This document shows positions 10,564 to 19,541 of a DNA stretch of 64,000 nucleotides, piece by piece. Source of the DNA: Phycisphaeraceae bacterium (GTDB lineage: Bacteria > Planctomycetota > Phycisphaerae > Phycisphaerales > Phycisphaeraceae); NCBI GenBank assembly GCA_963674705.1, contig OY771506.1, positions 512,001 through 576,000 of the forward strand, in the 5' to 3' direction. Numbering within the stretch: position 1 is the stretch's first letter; each line of letters begins with the position of its first letter. The position numbers and the translations under genes are program-made. The notes beneath the pieces are model-generated. The model worked only from the letters and a program-made list of their open reading frames with translations. It had not been told where the DNA came from and ran no database searches.

Positions 10564-11490
10564 ATGCCGATCACACTTGCCACAAATGCGATGGGCACGC
10601 GCTTCGAGCTGGTGCTCGCCGGCGCTGCCCCGGAGAAACTGCGCCCGGCAGGTGAGGCTGCGCTGCACGAGATCGAAGAATGTCACCACCGGTTCAACCT
10701 GTTCGATCCGGGCAGTTGGCTGAACTCGATCAATCGACGCGCAACAGGTGAGGCTATCGCGTTGGACGACGAAACCTTCGACCTGCTGACGATGTGCCAA
10801 CAGGTTCACGAAGCATCTGAGGGTGCCTTCGACGTGACCGTCGCGCCACTCATGCAAGCATGGGGATTTCACGGCAATATTCATGGTGATGAACAAGCCA
10901 TCCTTGCCGCACAGAAGATGGTCGGGATGCAACACGTTCACCTTGACGCCTCAGCAAAAACCGTTCGCTTCACTCACCCCGGCATCACACTCGACCTCGG
11001 CGGCATCGCAAAAGGCTTTGCGATCGACATAGCGATACAAGTGCTTCGAGATTGCGGCGTACAATGCGCGTTATTGCACGGCGGGACAAGCACCGTCGCC
11101 GCGATCGCAGCGCCACCCGACGAAGATGGCTGGCGCGTTACTTTACGAACCTCGGCCGATAATTCGTCAAATCAACCGGCTCCGGTCGTTTGCCTGAAAG
11201 ACAACGCGATGTCCATCTCCGCCCCGCATGGCCGAACGATCCAATCCGACGGCAAAACTCTCGGCCACGTGCTGGACCCACGCACCCACAGACCCGCAGC
11301 CTGCGGACCGTTCGCCGCAGTCATCGCTGATTCGGCCTGCCTGACTGATGCGTGGTCGACCGCCCTTTTAGTCCTGGGTGAAGCGCCGCAAACAATACCC
11401 GACACAATTCACACGATCCTGCCCGAAACGATCGCTGATACAACATCAAACCATTCAACACCCACTCGGTTGGAGGCTATTTGCAGATGA
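10564..11490 (+). CDS. apbE: FAD:protein FMN transferase (ApbE family), no signal peptide
   Basis: AMGT, GAFDVTVAPL, LDLGGIAKGFAID, GHVLDPRT and TDAWSTA motifs. The N-terminus lacks a hydrophobic signal. Confidence 0.88.
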   Translation: MPITLATNAMGTRFELVLAGAAPEKLRPAGEAALHEIEECHHRFNLFDPGSWLNSINRRATGEAIALDDETFDLLTMCQQVHEASEGAFDVTVAPLMQAWGFHGNIHGDEQAILAAQKMVGMQHVHLDASAKTVRFTHPGITLDLGGIAKGFAIDIAIQVLRDCGVQCALLHGGTSTVAAIAAPPDEDGWRVTLRTSADNSSNQPAPVVCLKDNAMSISAPHGRTIQSDGKTLGHVLDPRTHRPAACGPFAAVIADSACLTDAWSTALLVLGEAPQTIPDTIHTILPETIADTTSNHSTPTRLEAICR

Positions 11491-12725
11491 GTGAGACAGA
11501 CCGACGTACATTCCTGAAACAAGCCGGCACCGCGATGGCGGCTGTATCTATTCTTCCCAGTCTGGCTTTCGCAGCCGATCTTGAACTGAATAAAGAGTTG
11601 CCCGTAGCCATCATCGGTATGGGTCGGCAAGGCCGCGCTATCGCCGGCGAACTTCAGAAGATCAAGGGCGTAAAGATCGTCGGCGTGTGCGATATTGACT
11701 CCGGTCGGCTTCGTTCAGGCGCACGCCGCGTAGCCGGTGTCACGCCATATGAAACGCACAGCAAGCTGCTGGCAGAAGCCAAGGATGTTTCCGCTGTCTT
11801 CATCGCTACGCCGACACACACGCACCGCGCGATTGCTGAAGACGCTATCGCCGCAGGCAAGCATGTTTACTGTGAAGCACCTATCGCTTCGACCGTCGAA
11901 GACTGCCAGGCCATGGCCACCGCCGCCCGCAACGCGTCCACCGTCTGCGTTGCCGGCCTGCTCGGCCGTAGCAACCCGATCTACCAACTGGCACGCACGT
12001 TTTACCGCTCCAACTCCGTGCGTGAACTGATCACGATGCGCGCCCAGGCCAACGAAAAGACCACCTGGCGCAACCCCGCCCCGACCCCGGAACGTGAAAG
12101 GGCCTTGAACTGGCGGCTGGACCCTGAACTTTCCATCGGCCTGGCGGGTGAACTCGGCACGCACCAGTTCGACGTGTTCCACTACTACCGGGATGAATAC
12201 CCCGTATCCGTGACCGGCCTCGGTTCGATCCAATTGCACAAGGACGGACGTAAGGTTGACGACACCATCAACGCACTGATCTCCTACGCCGACGGCACGG
12301 TCCTTGATTACGGCGCTACGCTCGGTAACTCACACGGCGGAACGCACGAAGTGTTCTACGGCTCTAACGCCGCCATCCAGCTCGCCTGGACGCATGGCTG
12401 GATGTTCAAGGAAGCCGACGCCCCGACACAAGGCTGGGAAGTCTACGCCAATCGTCAACGTTTCCACAATGAAGAAGGCATCACCCTCATCGCCGATGCG
12501 ACACAACTCGCCTCACAAGGCAAGCTCGAATCCGGCGTGGGCCTGCCGAATCCTTCTCTGTACTACGGGATCGCTGACTTCCTCAAGAGCGTGACCGAAA
12601 GTGAACCCGTCGTCACGTCCATGGCCGAAGGCGCACGCGCCACGATCGTCGGCATCCTCACCAACCAGGCGATTGTCACCGGCCAGACCGTAAAGATCGA
12701 TCCCGCAATGCTGGCTGGAGAATAA
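11487..12725 (+). CDS. Tat-exported Gfo/Idh/MocA oxidoreductase
   Basis: DRRTFLK Tat motif, IIGMGRQG, IATPTHTH and KHVYCEAP (the usual EKP Lys is Ala). ATGA overlap with apbE. Confidence 0.87.
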   Translation: MSETDRRTFLKQAGTAMAAVSILPSLAFAADLELNKELPVAIIGMGRQGRAIAGELQKIKGVKIVGVCDIDSGRLRSGARRVAGVTPYETHSKLLAEAKDVSAVFIATPTHTHRAIAEDAIAAGKHVYCEAPIASTVEDCQAMATAARNASTVCVAGLLGRSNPIYQLARTFYRSNSVRELITMRAQANEKTTWRNPAPTPERERALNWRLDPELSIGLAGELGTHQFDVFHYYRDEYPVSVTGLGSIQLHKDGRKVDDTINALISYADGTVLDYGATLGNSHGGTHEVFYGSNAAIQLAWTHGWMFKEADAPTQGWEVYANRQRFHNEEGITLIADATQLASQGKLESGVGLPNPSLYYGIADFLKSVTESEPVVTSMAEGARATIVGILTNQAIVTGQTVKIDPAMLAGE

Positions 12726-12728
12726 ACC

Positions 12729-13487
12729 GTGACACAGCCTTCATACCTAAGACCACTGGGCGTCACCGCAAGGCTTGGCCTGACCATTCTCGTGCTGACG
12801 CTGCTCGGTGGACTGACCGTGTCAGGTATTTACATGGCCTGGCATCATGAAAACCGTGACGAGCAGGCCGGCCTGACAATGGATGACATCCGCGGCCACT
12901 ACGCCGGTGTCAACAAACCCTCCCCACTGCTTCAAGCCCTTAAACGCAAGCACCCGGAGGAGCAGCCCGAGGCCTCACGACAGATCCTGATCGACTGGCT
13001 GACGGGCGACCGCATCAGCGAGGACTATGACAGTTTAGACCTCGGCGACCTTGCCCCCGCGGAAATTATCGCAAACGATTGCCTGGACTGTCACAGCCGA
13101 CAAAGCACGGGTGAGGGTACGTATGCCGAGTTGCCGCTGGATTACTTCGACGACATCCGTGACATCGCTTTTTCCAAGGATATCCGTCCGGTCGGAATGG
13201 AAGTGTTGGCCGCATCGACACACACACACGCGATCAGCCTGTCGATGTTGATCCTCGCCTCCAGCGGCCTGCTGTTACTGACCGGCTGGCCCCGGAAGCT
13301 GGTGAACCCCTTGATTCTGCTGACCGCACTGGGACTTGCGTGCGACTTATCCAGTTGGTGGATCGCACGTGTCTACCCGGGCATCGTTCCACTGATCGTC
13401 GCCGGCGGCTTCGTCTTCGCAGCGGGAACCGCACTATCGTTACTGATGGTCATAGGTGATCTTTGGCGCCCCGCAAAAAGCGACTGA
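12729..13487 (+). CDS. Membrane protein with one c-type heme motif
   Basis: N-terminal TM helix, a soluble loop containing CLDCH (CxxCH), then HTH-AISL and three further TM helices. Confidence 0.7.
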   Translation: MTQPSYLRPLGVTARLGLTILVLTLLGGLTVSGIYMAWHHENRDEQAGLTMDDIRGHYAGVNKPSPLLQALKRKHPEEQPEASRQILIDWLTGDRISEDYDSLDLGDLAPAEIIANDCLDCHSRQSTGEGTYAELPLDYFDDIRDIAFSKDIRPVGMEVLAASTHTHAISLSMLILASSGLLLLTGWPRKLVNPLILLTALGLACDLSSWWIARVYPGIVPLIVAGGFVFAAGTALSLLMVIGDLWRPAKSD

Positions 13488-13506
13488 CCATCTAACAAAT
13501 CACCCT

Positions 13507-13547
13507 AAAAAAGAAGCCCACGTTCGACGAACGTGGGCTTTTCATTT
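13507..13547. terminator. Bidirectional rho-independent terminator
   Basis: AAGCCCACGTTCG-A-CGAACGTGGGCTT perfect inverted repeat flanked by A and T runs, between convergent genes. Confidence 0.85.
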
Positions 13548-13568
13548 AACACACAAACTGTACCTGCA

Positions 13569-14507
13569 TCACGCAAGCTCTTTTTTCACCCGCTCCAGCA
13601 GCGCCTTCGTCGCGGCGATACCTTCCATTTCACCAAGACGTGATCCTTCGTACTCAATACCAACCCAGTTGTGATAGCCGGCATCCAGCACGATCTTCAT
13701 CATCTTGAAGTAATCGGTCTTGGTTTCGTTGCCTTTATCATCAAAATCGTGTGTCTTGGCGGACACGGCTTTGGCGTAAGGCATCAGTTCGGTAACGCCT
13801 TTGTATCGATCGTAGACCTTGCCGTCACCAAGGTTGAAGTTGCCGAAGTCGGGCAATGTGCCCACGCGCGGATGGTTGGTCATTTTCATCACACCGGAGA
13901 GCCATTCACCGTTGGATGACAGACCGCCGTGGTTCTCGACGGTGACGTCGATGTCATAGCCATCGGCAAACTCGCATAGACGGCGCAGACCATCAGCGGC
14001 AAGTCGCTGCTGCTCTTGGTATTCACCTTCACTGGCGGCATTAACTCGGATGCAGTGGCAGCCGAGGAACTTCGCCGCTTCAACCCACTTGTAGTGATTC
14101 TCTACGGACTTGATACGTGCCGCTTCGTCGGGGTCGCCGATGCGGCCTTCCCCGTCGCACATGATCAGGACGCTTGTCACACCGAGGTCGGCCGCGCGGG
14201 ACTTCATCTCGCCGAGGTACTTCTCGTCTTTCGCCTTATCCTTGAAGAAGGAGTTGACGTATTCGACACCATCGATGCCGAATTCCTTCTTGGCAACGGA
14301 TGCAAAGTCGAGATTGTCCAGCTTCCCCTCGTAGAGGGCGCGGTGCAACGACCACTGCGCCAACGAAATCTTGAACAGGGCGGCCGTGTCGGGTTCGTCT
14401 TCGGCGTCATCTTCCTTGGCGTGTGCTTCAGGCACAACAAGCGAGGCGCCGGCGATTAACGCAGCGGATGAGCGGATAAAACCACGTCGGGTAATGGATC
14501 GGTTCAC
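13569..14507 (-). CDS. Tat-exported sugar phosphate isomerase/epimerase (xylose-isomerase-like TIM barrel)
   Basis: TRRGFI Tat motif, [23 protein letters not shown] and VGIEYEG. Confidence 0.88.
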   Translation of the reverse strand: MNRSITRRGFIRSSAALIAGASLVVPEAHAKEDDAEDEPDTAALFKISLAQWSLHRALYEGKLDNLDFASVAKKEFGIDGVEYVNSFFKDKAKDEKYLGEMKSRAADLGVTSVLIMCDGEGRIGDPDEAARIKSVENHYKWVEAAKFLGCHCIRVNAASEGEYQEQQRLAADGLRRLCEFADGYDIDVTVENHGGLSSNGEWLSGVMKMTNHPRVGTLPDFGNFNLGDGKVYDRYKGVTELMPYAKAVSAKTHDFDDKGNETKTDYFKMMKIVLDAGYHNWVGIEYEGSRLGEMEGIAATKALLERVKKELA

Positions 14508-14564
14508 AGCAATGAGCTCCTATTGCGGTTTTTTTGATGTATCTGCCTTATTCTACCTTCACGA

Positions 14565-15890
14565 TCAGGCTCCGGGTACTGGAACCACCCCCTCCTCCGG
14601 CAGAGTCACGCCGCCGGACTCGAAGTCGGCCGCGGAGGGCGACAAGGCCAGGGCGTACCACTTGCTCTGCTTGTTCTCCGTCAGGTCTTCCCACGTGACC
14701 ATCTGCCCGGTATAAGCGGAGATCCGGCCCATGATCGCGGTCAGGGTGGACTCGGCGACCTGCTTGGCTTCGTTGAGCTTTTCGCCCTTCACGATCGCCG
14801 CCTGCAGGTCGACGTGCTCCTGCACGTAGGGGTTACTCGCTACCTGGACATCAGGCAAAGTGATCGGAGCCTTATCAAAACGAGCGATGCGTTTTTCATC
14901 CCAGACCCGGCCTTCGGTGCCGACGAAGTTGGTGTTGACCTGGTTGTAGCAATCGTTGATCTGCCGACACATCGAATGGATCGAGCAGTTATCCCCGTAA
15001 TTGAACTCGACGCTGAAGTTGTCATACATGTTACCGGTGACGCGGCGCTGCCGGCTGCCGAACCCGACCGCCGACTCGGGATGTCGGCCAATGAACCAGT
15101 TGGCCACGTCGATCTGGTGCACATGCTGCTCGACGATGTGGTCGCCGGAGGTTTCCAGGAAGCTGACCCAGTTGCGGATCATGTAGTCGGACGCCGATTC
15201 ACCGTCGTTGCGTTCCTTGTACCACAGACGATTCTGGCACCAGTAAATCTGACCGCCGAGGATCGTCCCGACCGCGCCATCCTTAATGGCTTGTGCATGT
15301 TTGATGTATCCAGCCTGGTGACGGCGCTGTGTGCCGGCGACGATATTCAATCCCTTGCTCTCAGCAAGTTCACCCAGGCTCATGACCTTCCGGCAACCGG
15401 GCGGGTCGACGGCCACAGGCTTCTCCATAAATACGTGCTTGCCCGCTTCAACAGCCGCCGCCAGATGCACGGGTCTGAAGTTCGGCGGGGTCGCAAGGAT
15501 CACAAGGTCGGCATCCGTCTGCATCAGTTGCTTGTAACCGGTCGGCCCGACAAAACAGTGATCGTCAGATACGCCGTATTCCTTGGCAACACCCTGGGCA
15601 CGATCGGCAAAGTAATCGCAGACCGCGATGCACTTGAGCTGGATGCCGTTGATCTCAGCGGCTTCCATCGCGTTCTTCAATGCGCCTTTACCGCGTCCAC
15701 CGCAACCAACCAGAGCGATCTTCAATGATCCGTCGCCCTGTGCGTACGCACTGGAACCCAGCCAGCCGGGCACCATGGTTAATGCGGCCGCTGCGGCGGT
15801 GCCTTGCAGGAAGGTACGGCGGGTTACGCCTGGTGTATCCGTAGACATGAATCCTGAATTATTCGTACTGTCGACTTGTCTATCGCTCAT
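14565..15890 (-). CDS. Tat-exported Gfo/Idh/MocA oxidoreductase
   Basis: TRRTFLQ Tat motif, LVGCGGRG, LATPPNFRP, KHVFMEKP and GDHIVEQHVH. Confidence 0.9.
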   Translation of the reverse strand: MSDRQVDSTNNSGFMSTDTPGVTRRTFLQGTAAAAALTMVPGWLGSSAYAQGDGSLKIALVGCGGRGKGALKNAMEAAEINGIQLKCIAVCDYFADRAQGVAKEYGVSDDHCFVGPTGYKQLMQTDADLVILATPPNFRPVHLAAAVEAGKHVFMEKPVAVDPPGCRKVMSLGELAESKGLNIVAGTQRRHQAGYIKHAQAIKDGAVGTILGGQIYWCQNRLWYKERNDGESASDYMIRNWVSFLETSGDHIVEQHVHQIDVANWFIGRHPESAVGFGSRQRRVTGNMYDNFSVEFNYGDNCSIHSMCRQINDCYNQVNTNFVGTEGRVWDEKRIARFDKAPITLPDVQVASNPYVQEHVDLQAAIVKGEKLNEAKQVAESTLTAIMGRISAYTGQMVTWEDLTENKQSKWYALALSPSAADFESGGVTLPEEGVVPVPGA

Positions 15891-15917
15891 GTTCCGTTCC
15901 TTTCCTCACAAGTGCGT

Positions 15918-17492
15918 TTAATCGAGGCCTGTATTTTCATTCGGCGGCATCTCGCAAACAACACGGAAGCCGACCCATCTTGCATTTACATACCACCACT
16001 GGCTCTTGGGTTCGTTCGGATAATCGCGGTTCCATTCGTCCTGGTCTTCCACGATCCGCCCGACGATTAGCTCATTCAGCGGCGATTCGAAATGACCGCC
16101 GCGTACGACACGCTCATCGCCGGTGCCCGTGACCCACTCAGCCACGTTGCCGGCTAAATCATAGATGCCCAGGCTGTTCGGTTCACGTTTGCCGATCTGC
16201 GTCGTCGCCCAATCGCCGATATCGTCGTCCCAGGCGTTATCTGTATAGGTCGCAACCCGATCGGCCTGCTCGGTGGAAGCCGGAGGGGAAAGCTCGCCGC
16301 CCCCTGCCGTGACGACCCGCTCCCACTCCGCTTCGGTCGGCAGACGATACGTCCTGCCGGTCTGCTTACTTAGCCACTTGCAGTACAACTCCGCGGATAG
16401 CCGGGACATGCCCAGTGCAGGTCGGCGGTACATCCCGAAGTTGCGGTCGACCGTGCCATAAGGCGAACTCGGCCGCAGCTTCAACGCACGCTCTTCCCCG
16501 ACCTCGGCCTCATCCTCAAGGTCATTGCCCTGCACCCAGGGCATAAACTCGTCCCAGGTCACTTCGTGCTTACCGATATAGAACGCCTGACTGTTGCTGT
16601 CGGGTTCGGCAGGCACCAGCGCCATATCGAACTGGACCTGTGTGGTTGGGATCGTTTCCGTAAATGATTCAGGCCAATCGGTTGTATCGATCGTAGTATC
16701 GGTTGATGTAGTTTCGTTGCCATTGGTTGCAGATGTATTCTCAACAACCGTATCGCTTGATTCCGCAGCATCCAAGGGTACTTCGATCCGCAACCTGACC
16801 GCGACGTTGTCTGCGATGTCTTCATTGGTCAGCAGGAGACCCAATATGCCTTCTTCTTTCAGCTCAACATCAAATGCGTGACGGTCCAGGCTGAATTCGC
16901 TGCTAACGATGAGTAAGTTTTCGGTGTGTTCAATGGTGACCGGAAACTCGATGTGCTTGGTAATGCCGTTGAGTGTGAATTCACCGGAGACAACCGTGGT
17001 ATCCTTTGCAGCTTCATCCGTAGCATCATCGGCAGGCTTATCAATGAACCCGCCTTGGAAAGTTGCCCACGGATGCTGCTCCGGCCGAAAGAATCCCGCG
17101 GTTAACAGCGCCTCGGTAAGTTGATCGTGTTCAGACCAAAGCGAGTCGATCCGAGCTTTGGCATCGAGCCAACGCGGTCGGCTGGTCGACGCATCTATAC
17201 CAAGTGTTCCTTCGATTTCGCTATCGAATTTTCCGCTCCACCCGCCACGCACAACAAGTGTTTTCCCGGCGACGGTCTTGGCACATGAAAAACTGACCGT
17301 GGTGTTCTGCGCAGACAGATCAAGACGTCGGTCCGAATCATCTAAAAGTGTCGCAAAAGTGGGAGCTTTTGTGTCACCGATGTGCGCAGAGGTCATCACA
17401 CGGGCCTCATCGTGCGCATTGGGATATAGCACGTACGCTAAACCGGTAAGACCGATCAACATGACAAAAACAATGACAACTTTCTTCATCAT
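15918..17492 (-). CDS. Membrane-anchored YceI-like + FGE/SUMF1-like fusion protein
   Basis: N-terminal TM anchor; YceI-like part (SGEFTLNGITKHIEFPV, FSLDRHAF); Thr-rich linker; FGE-sulfatase part (YIGKHEVTW, YRLPTEAEWE, PNSLGIYDLAGNVAEW, VVRGG, VGFRVV). Confidence 0.8.
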   Translation of the reverse strand: MMKKVVIVFVMLIGLTGLAYVLYPNAHDEARVMTSAHIGDTKAPTFATLLDDSDRRLDLSAQNTTVSFSCAKTVAGKTLVVRGGWSGKFDSEIEGTLGIDASTSRPRWLDAKARIDSLWSEHDQLTEALLTAGFFRPEQHPWATFQGGFIDKPADDATDEAAKDTTVVSGEFTLNGITKHIEFPVTIEHTENLLIVSSEFSLDRHAFDVELKEEGILGLLLTNEDIADNVAVRLRIEVPLDAAESSDTVVENTSATNGNETTSTDTTIDTTDWPESFTETIPTTQVQFDMALVPAEPDSNSQAFYIGKHEVTWDEFMPWVQGNDLEDEAEVGEERALKLRPSSPYGTVDRNFGMYRRPALGMSRLSAELYCKWLSKQTGRTYRLPTEAEWERVVTAGGGELSPPASTEQADRVATYTDNAWDDDIGDWATTQIGKREPNSLGIYDLAGNVAEWVTGTGDERVVRGGHFESPLNELIVGRIVEDQDEWNRDYPNEPKSQWWYVNARWVGFRVVCEMPPNENTGLD

Positions 17493-17568
17493 AAAACGTC
17501 GAGTGACCGATCCGAGGATGAATATTATTTCTGTTGTTGGGGGCCGAATCGAACATTACCATGTCGGC

Positions 17569-18555
17569 ATGTTCGATCGCTCCCCCGTTATCTACTTTCT
17601 GACGGCAATACTAGTGCTTGCCATGGTGAGCGTCAAAGAATCGCAAGCAGAGGCGCCAGAAATATTTAGTCCGCATTTGATCCGGGTCGAGGTCCGGCAA
17701 TCTCACATGGGGATGCCTGTTTTTCTGCGGGTTTATGCCGAAGATGAGGCGGCCGGACAACGTGCCTGCCAGGCAGCATTTAAGCGGATCGCCGAGTTAA
17801 ATATGGTGCTTTCGGATTACGAGCCGGACTCCGAATTATCTCGCTTATCCGCCGGTTCGGGAACTGGGAAGGTTCCGGTTTCGCCTGAATTATTAACGGT
17901 GCTGGTGCAGGCGAAAAGTATCGCTGAACAAACCGAAGGCCTGCTCGATCCTACTGCCGGGCCGGTGATTCGAGTTTGGCGCAAAGTCCGCACCACAAAA
18001 CAACTACCCGATCAAAACACGATCGCTGAAGCGCTTAAACACGTCGGTTATTCAAATCTGCGATTGGATGAATCCAAACGAGAAGTTGAACTGACGCTTG
18101 ATGATATGCGGCTCGATCTAGGTGCGATTGCCAAGGGACATGTTGGCGATGAAGCGATCAAGTGCTTACGCGAGTTGGGGTATCCGATCGCGATGTTCGA
18201 GGCGGGCGGCGATATGGTGTTCGGCGATCCGCCGCCGGGCGAAGAAGGCTGGCTGGTTAAGCCGGCATATGATGGGCTACCCGAGTTAAGGCTGGCCAAT
18301 ACGGCCGCGGCGATCTCCGGCAATACCGTGCAATTCGTCGAGATCGACGGCAAAAGCTACGGCCACATCATCGACCCGCGCACCGGGTACCCGATCACCA
18401 CGCGGCATGTCTGCCTGGTCGCCGCCGCCAGCGGCCTGTCGGCTGACCCATTAGCGACACTGGGTACGATTATGGATGAAACGGCATATTACAAACTACT
18501 GGAAGTACATTATCCTGACACCCGGGCGTGGATTGTTACACTAGAAGAGAATTGA
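17569..18555 (+). CDS. apbE: FAD:protein FMN transferase (ApbE family), with signal peptide
   Basis: HMG, LSDYEPDSELSRL, GLLDPT, LDLGAIAKG, AGGD, YGHIIDPRTG and ADPLAT. A hydrophobic signal follows ATG 17569; the longer ORF start overlaps the divergent gene. Confidence 0.88.
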   Translation: MFDRSPVIYFLTAILVLAMVSVKESQAEAPEIFSPHLIRVEVRQSHMGMPVFLRVYAEDEAAGQRACQAAFKRIAELNMVLSDYEPDSELSRLSAGSGTGKVPVSPELLTVLVQAKSIAEQTEGLLDPTAGPVIRVWRKVRTTKQLPDQNTIAEALKHVGYSNLRLDESKREVELTLDDMRLDLGAIAKGHVGDEAIKCLRELGYPIAMFEAGGDMVFGDPPPGEEGWLVKPAYDGLPELRLANTAAAISGNTVQFVEIDGKSYGHIIDPRTGYPITTRHVCLVAAASGLSADPLATLGTIMDETAYYKLLEVHYPDTRAWIVTLEEN

Positions 18556-18577
18556 CTTACCACATGGAGCTTGCATC

Positions 18578-19528
18578 ATGATCGATCGTCGCAGTTTCAT
18601 CGCCGCCGGGCTGGCTTCCGCCGCCGGCATCACCGCCGCCGCCACCAATACCGCCCAGGGACAGGACACGAAAGAGGACAAGATGCCCAGCGAGTCATCA
18701 AACAGCGCAACGCCCTTCAAGATGAAGTACGCCCCCCACTTCGGCATGTTCAAGGAGCACGCGGGTGATGACCTGGTCGCACAATTGAAGTTTGCTAAAA
18801 GCGTCGGCTTCCACGCGTGGGAAGACAACGGCATGATGGGCCGCGACGTCGCCACACAGGAAAAGGTCGCTGCGGCCATGAGCGATCTTGGCATGGAGAT
18901 GGGTGTGTTCGTCGCACATGCTGAATGGCGTGAACCGATCTACGTCAAGGGTGGCGCTGATGCTCGCAAGAAGCTTCAGGATCAGATGCGCCAAGCGGTC
19001 GAAGTTGCCAAGCGTGTGAATGCGAAGTGGTGCACGGTCGTACCCGGGCCTTATGTGAACAACATGGAATGGGATTACCAGACAGCAAACGTCGTCGACT
19101 GCCTGCGTGCGATGGCGGAGATCTGCGAGCCTAGCGGTCTTGTCATGGTGCTTGAGCCGTTGAATCCATGGGCGAACCACCCGGGTATGTTCCTGAGCAA
19201 GGTGCCCCAAGCTTATGCGATCTGCGAAGCGGTCAACTCACCAAGCTGCAAGATTCTTGATGACCTGTATCACCAGCAAGTCACCGAGGGGAACCTGATC
19301 CCGAACATTGATATGGCATGGAAGCACATTGCGTATATCCAGCTTGGTGATAACCCCGGCCGAAAGGAACCCTGGACCGGCGAGATCAACTACCGCAACA
19401 TCTTTGCCCACCTCAACAAGAAAGGCTTCGACGGCATCATCGGCATGGAACACGGCCTAAGCCAAGGCGGTAAGGAAGGTGAGCAGAAGCTGATTGATGC
19501 GTATCGCAAGTGCGATGACTTTGCTTGA
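18578..19528 (+). CDS. Tat-exported hydroxypyruvate-isomerase-like TIM barrel protein
   Basis: DRRSFI Tat motif, KYAPHFGMF, VLEPLN, DLYHQQVTEGNLI, DNPGRKEPWTGEINY and GMEH. Confidence 0.88.
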   Translation: MIDRRSFIAAGLASAAGITAAATNTAQGQDTKEDKMPSESSNSATPFKMKYAPHFGMFKEHAGDDLVAQLKFAKSVGFHAWEDNGMMGRDVATQEKVAAAMSDLGMEMGVFVAHAEWREPIYVKGGADARKKLQDQMRQAVEVAKRVNAKWCTVVPGPYVNNMEWDYQTANVVDCLRAMAEICEPSGLVMVLEPLNPWANHPGMFLSKVPQAYAICEAVNSPSCKILDDLYHQQVTEGNLIPNIDMAWKHIAYIQLGDNPGRKEPWTGEINYRNIFAHLNKKGFDGIIGMEHGLSQGGKEGEQKLIDAYRKCDDFA

Positions 19529-19541
19529 TTCACAATTGTGA

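Noticed and set aside
15918..16620. Formylglycine-generating enzyme for the sulfatase at 5181-6545
   Set aside because: The domain lacks the catalytic Cys pair and is membrane-anchored and fused to YceI.
17158..17568. N-terminal extension of the second ApbE ORF
   Set aside because: It overlaps the divergent YceI-FGE gene; a signal peptide begins at ATG 17569.
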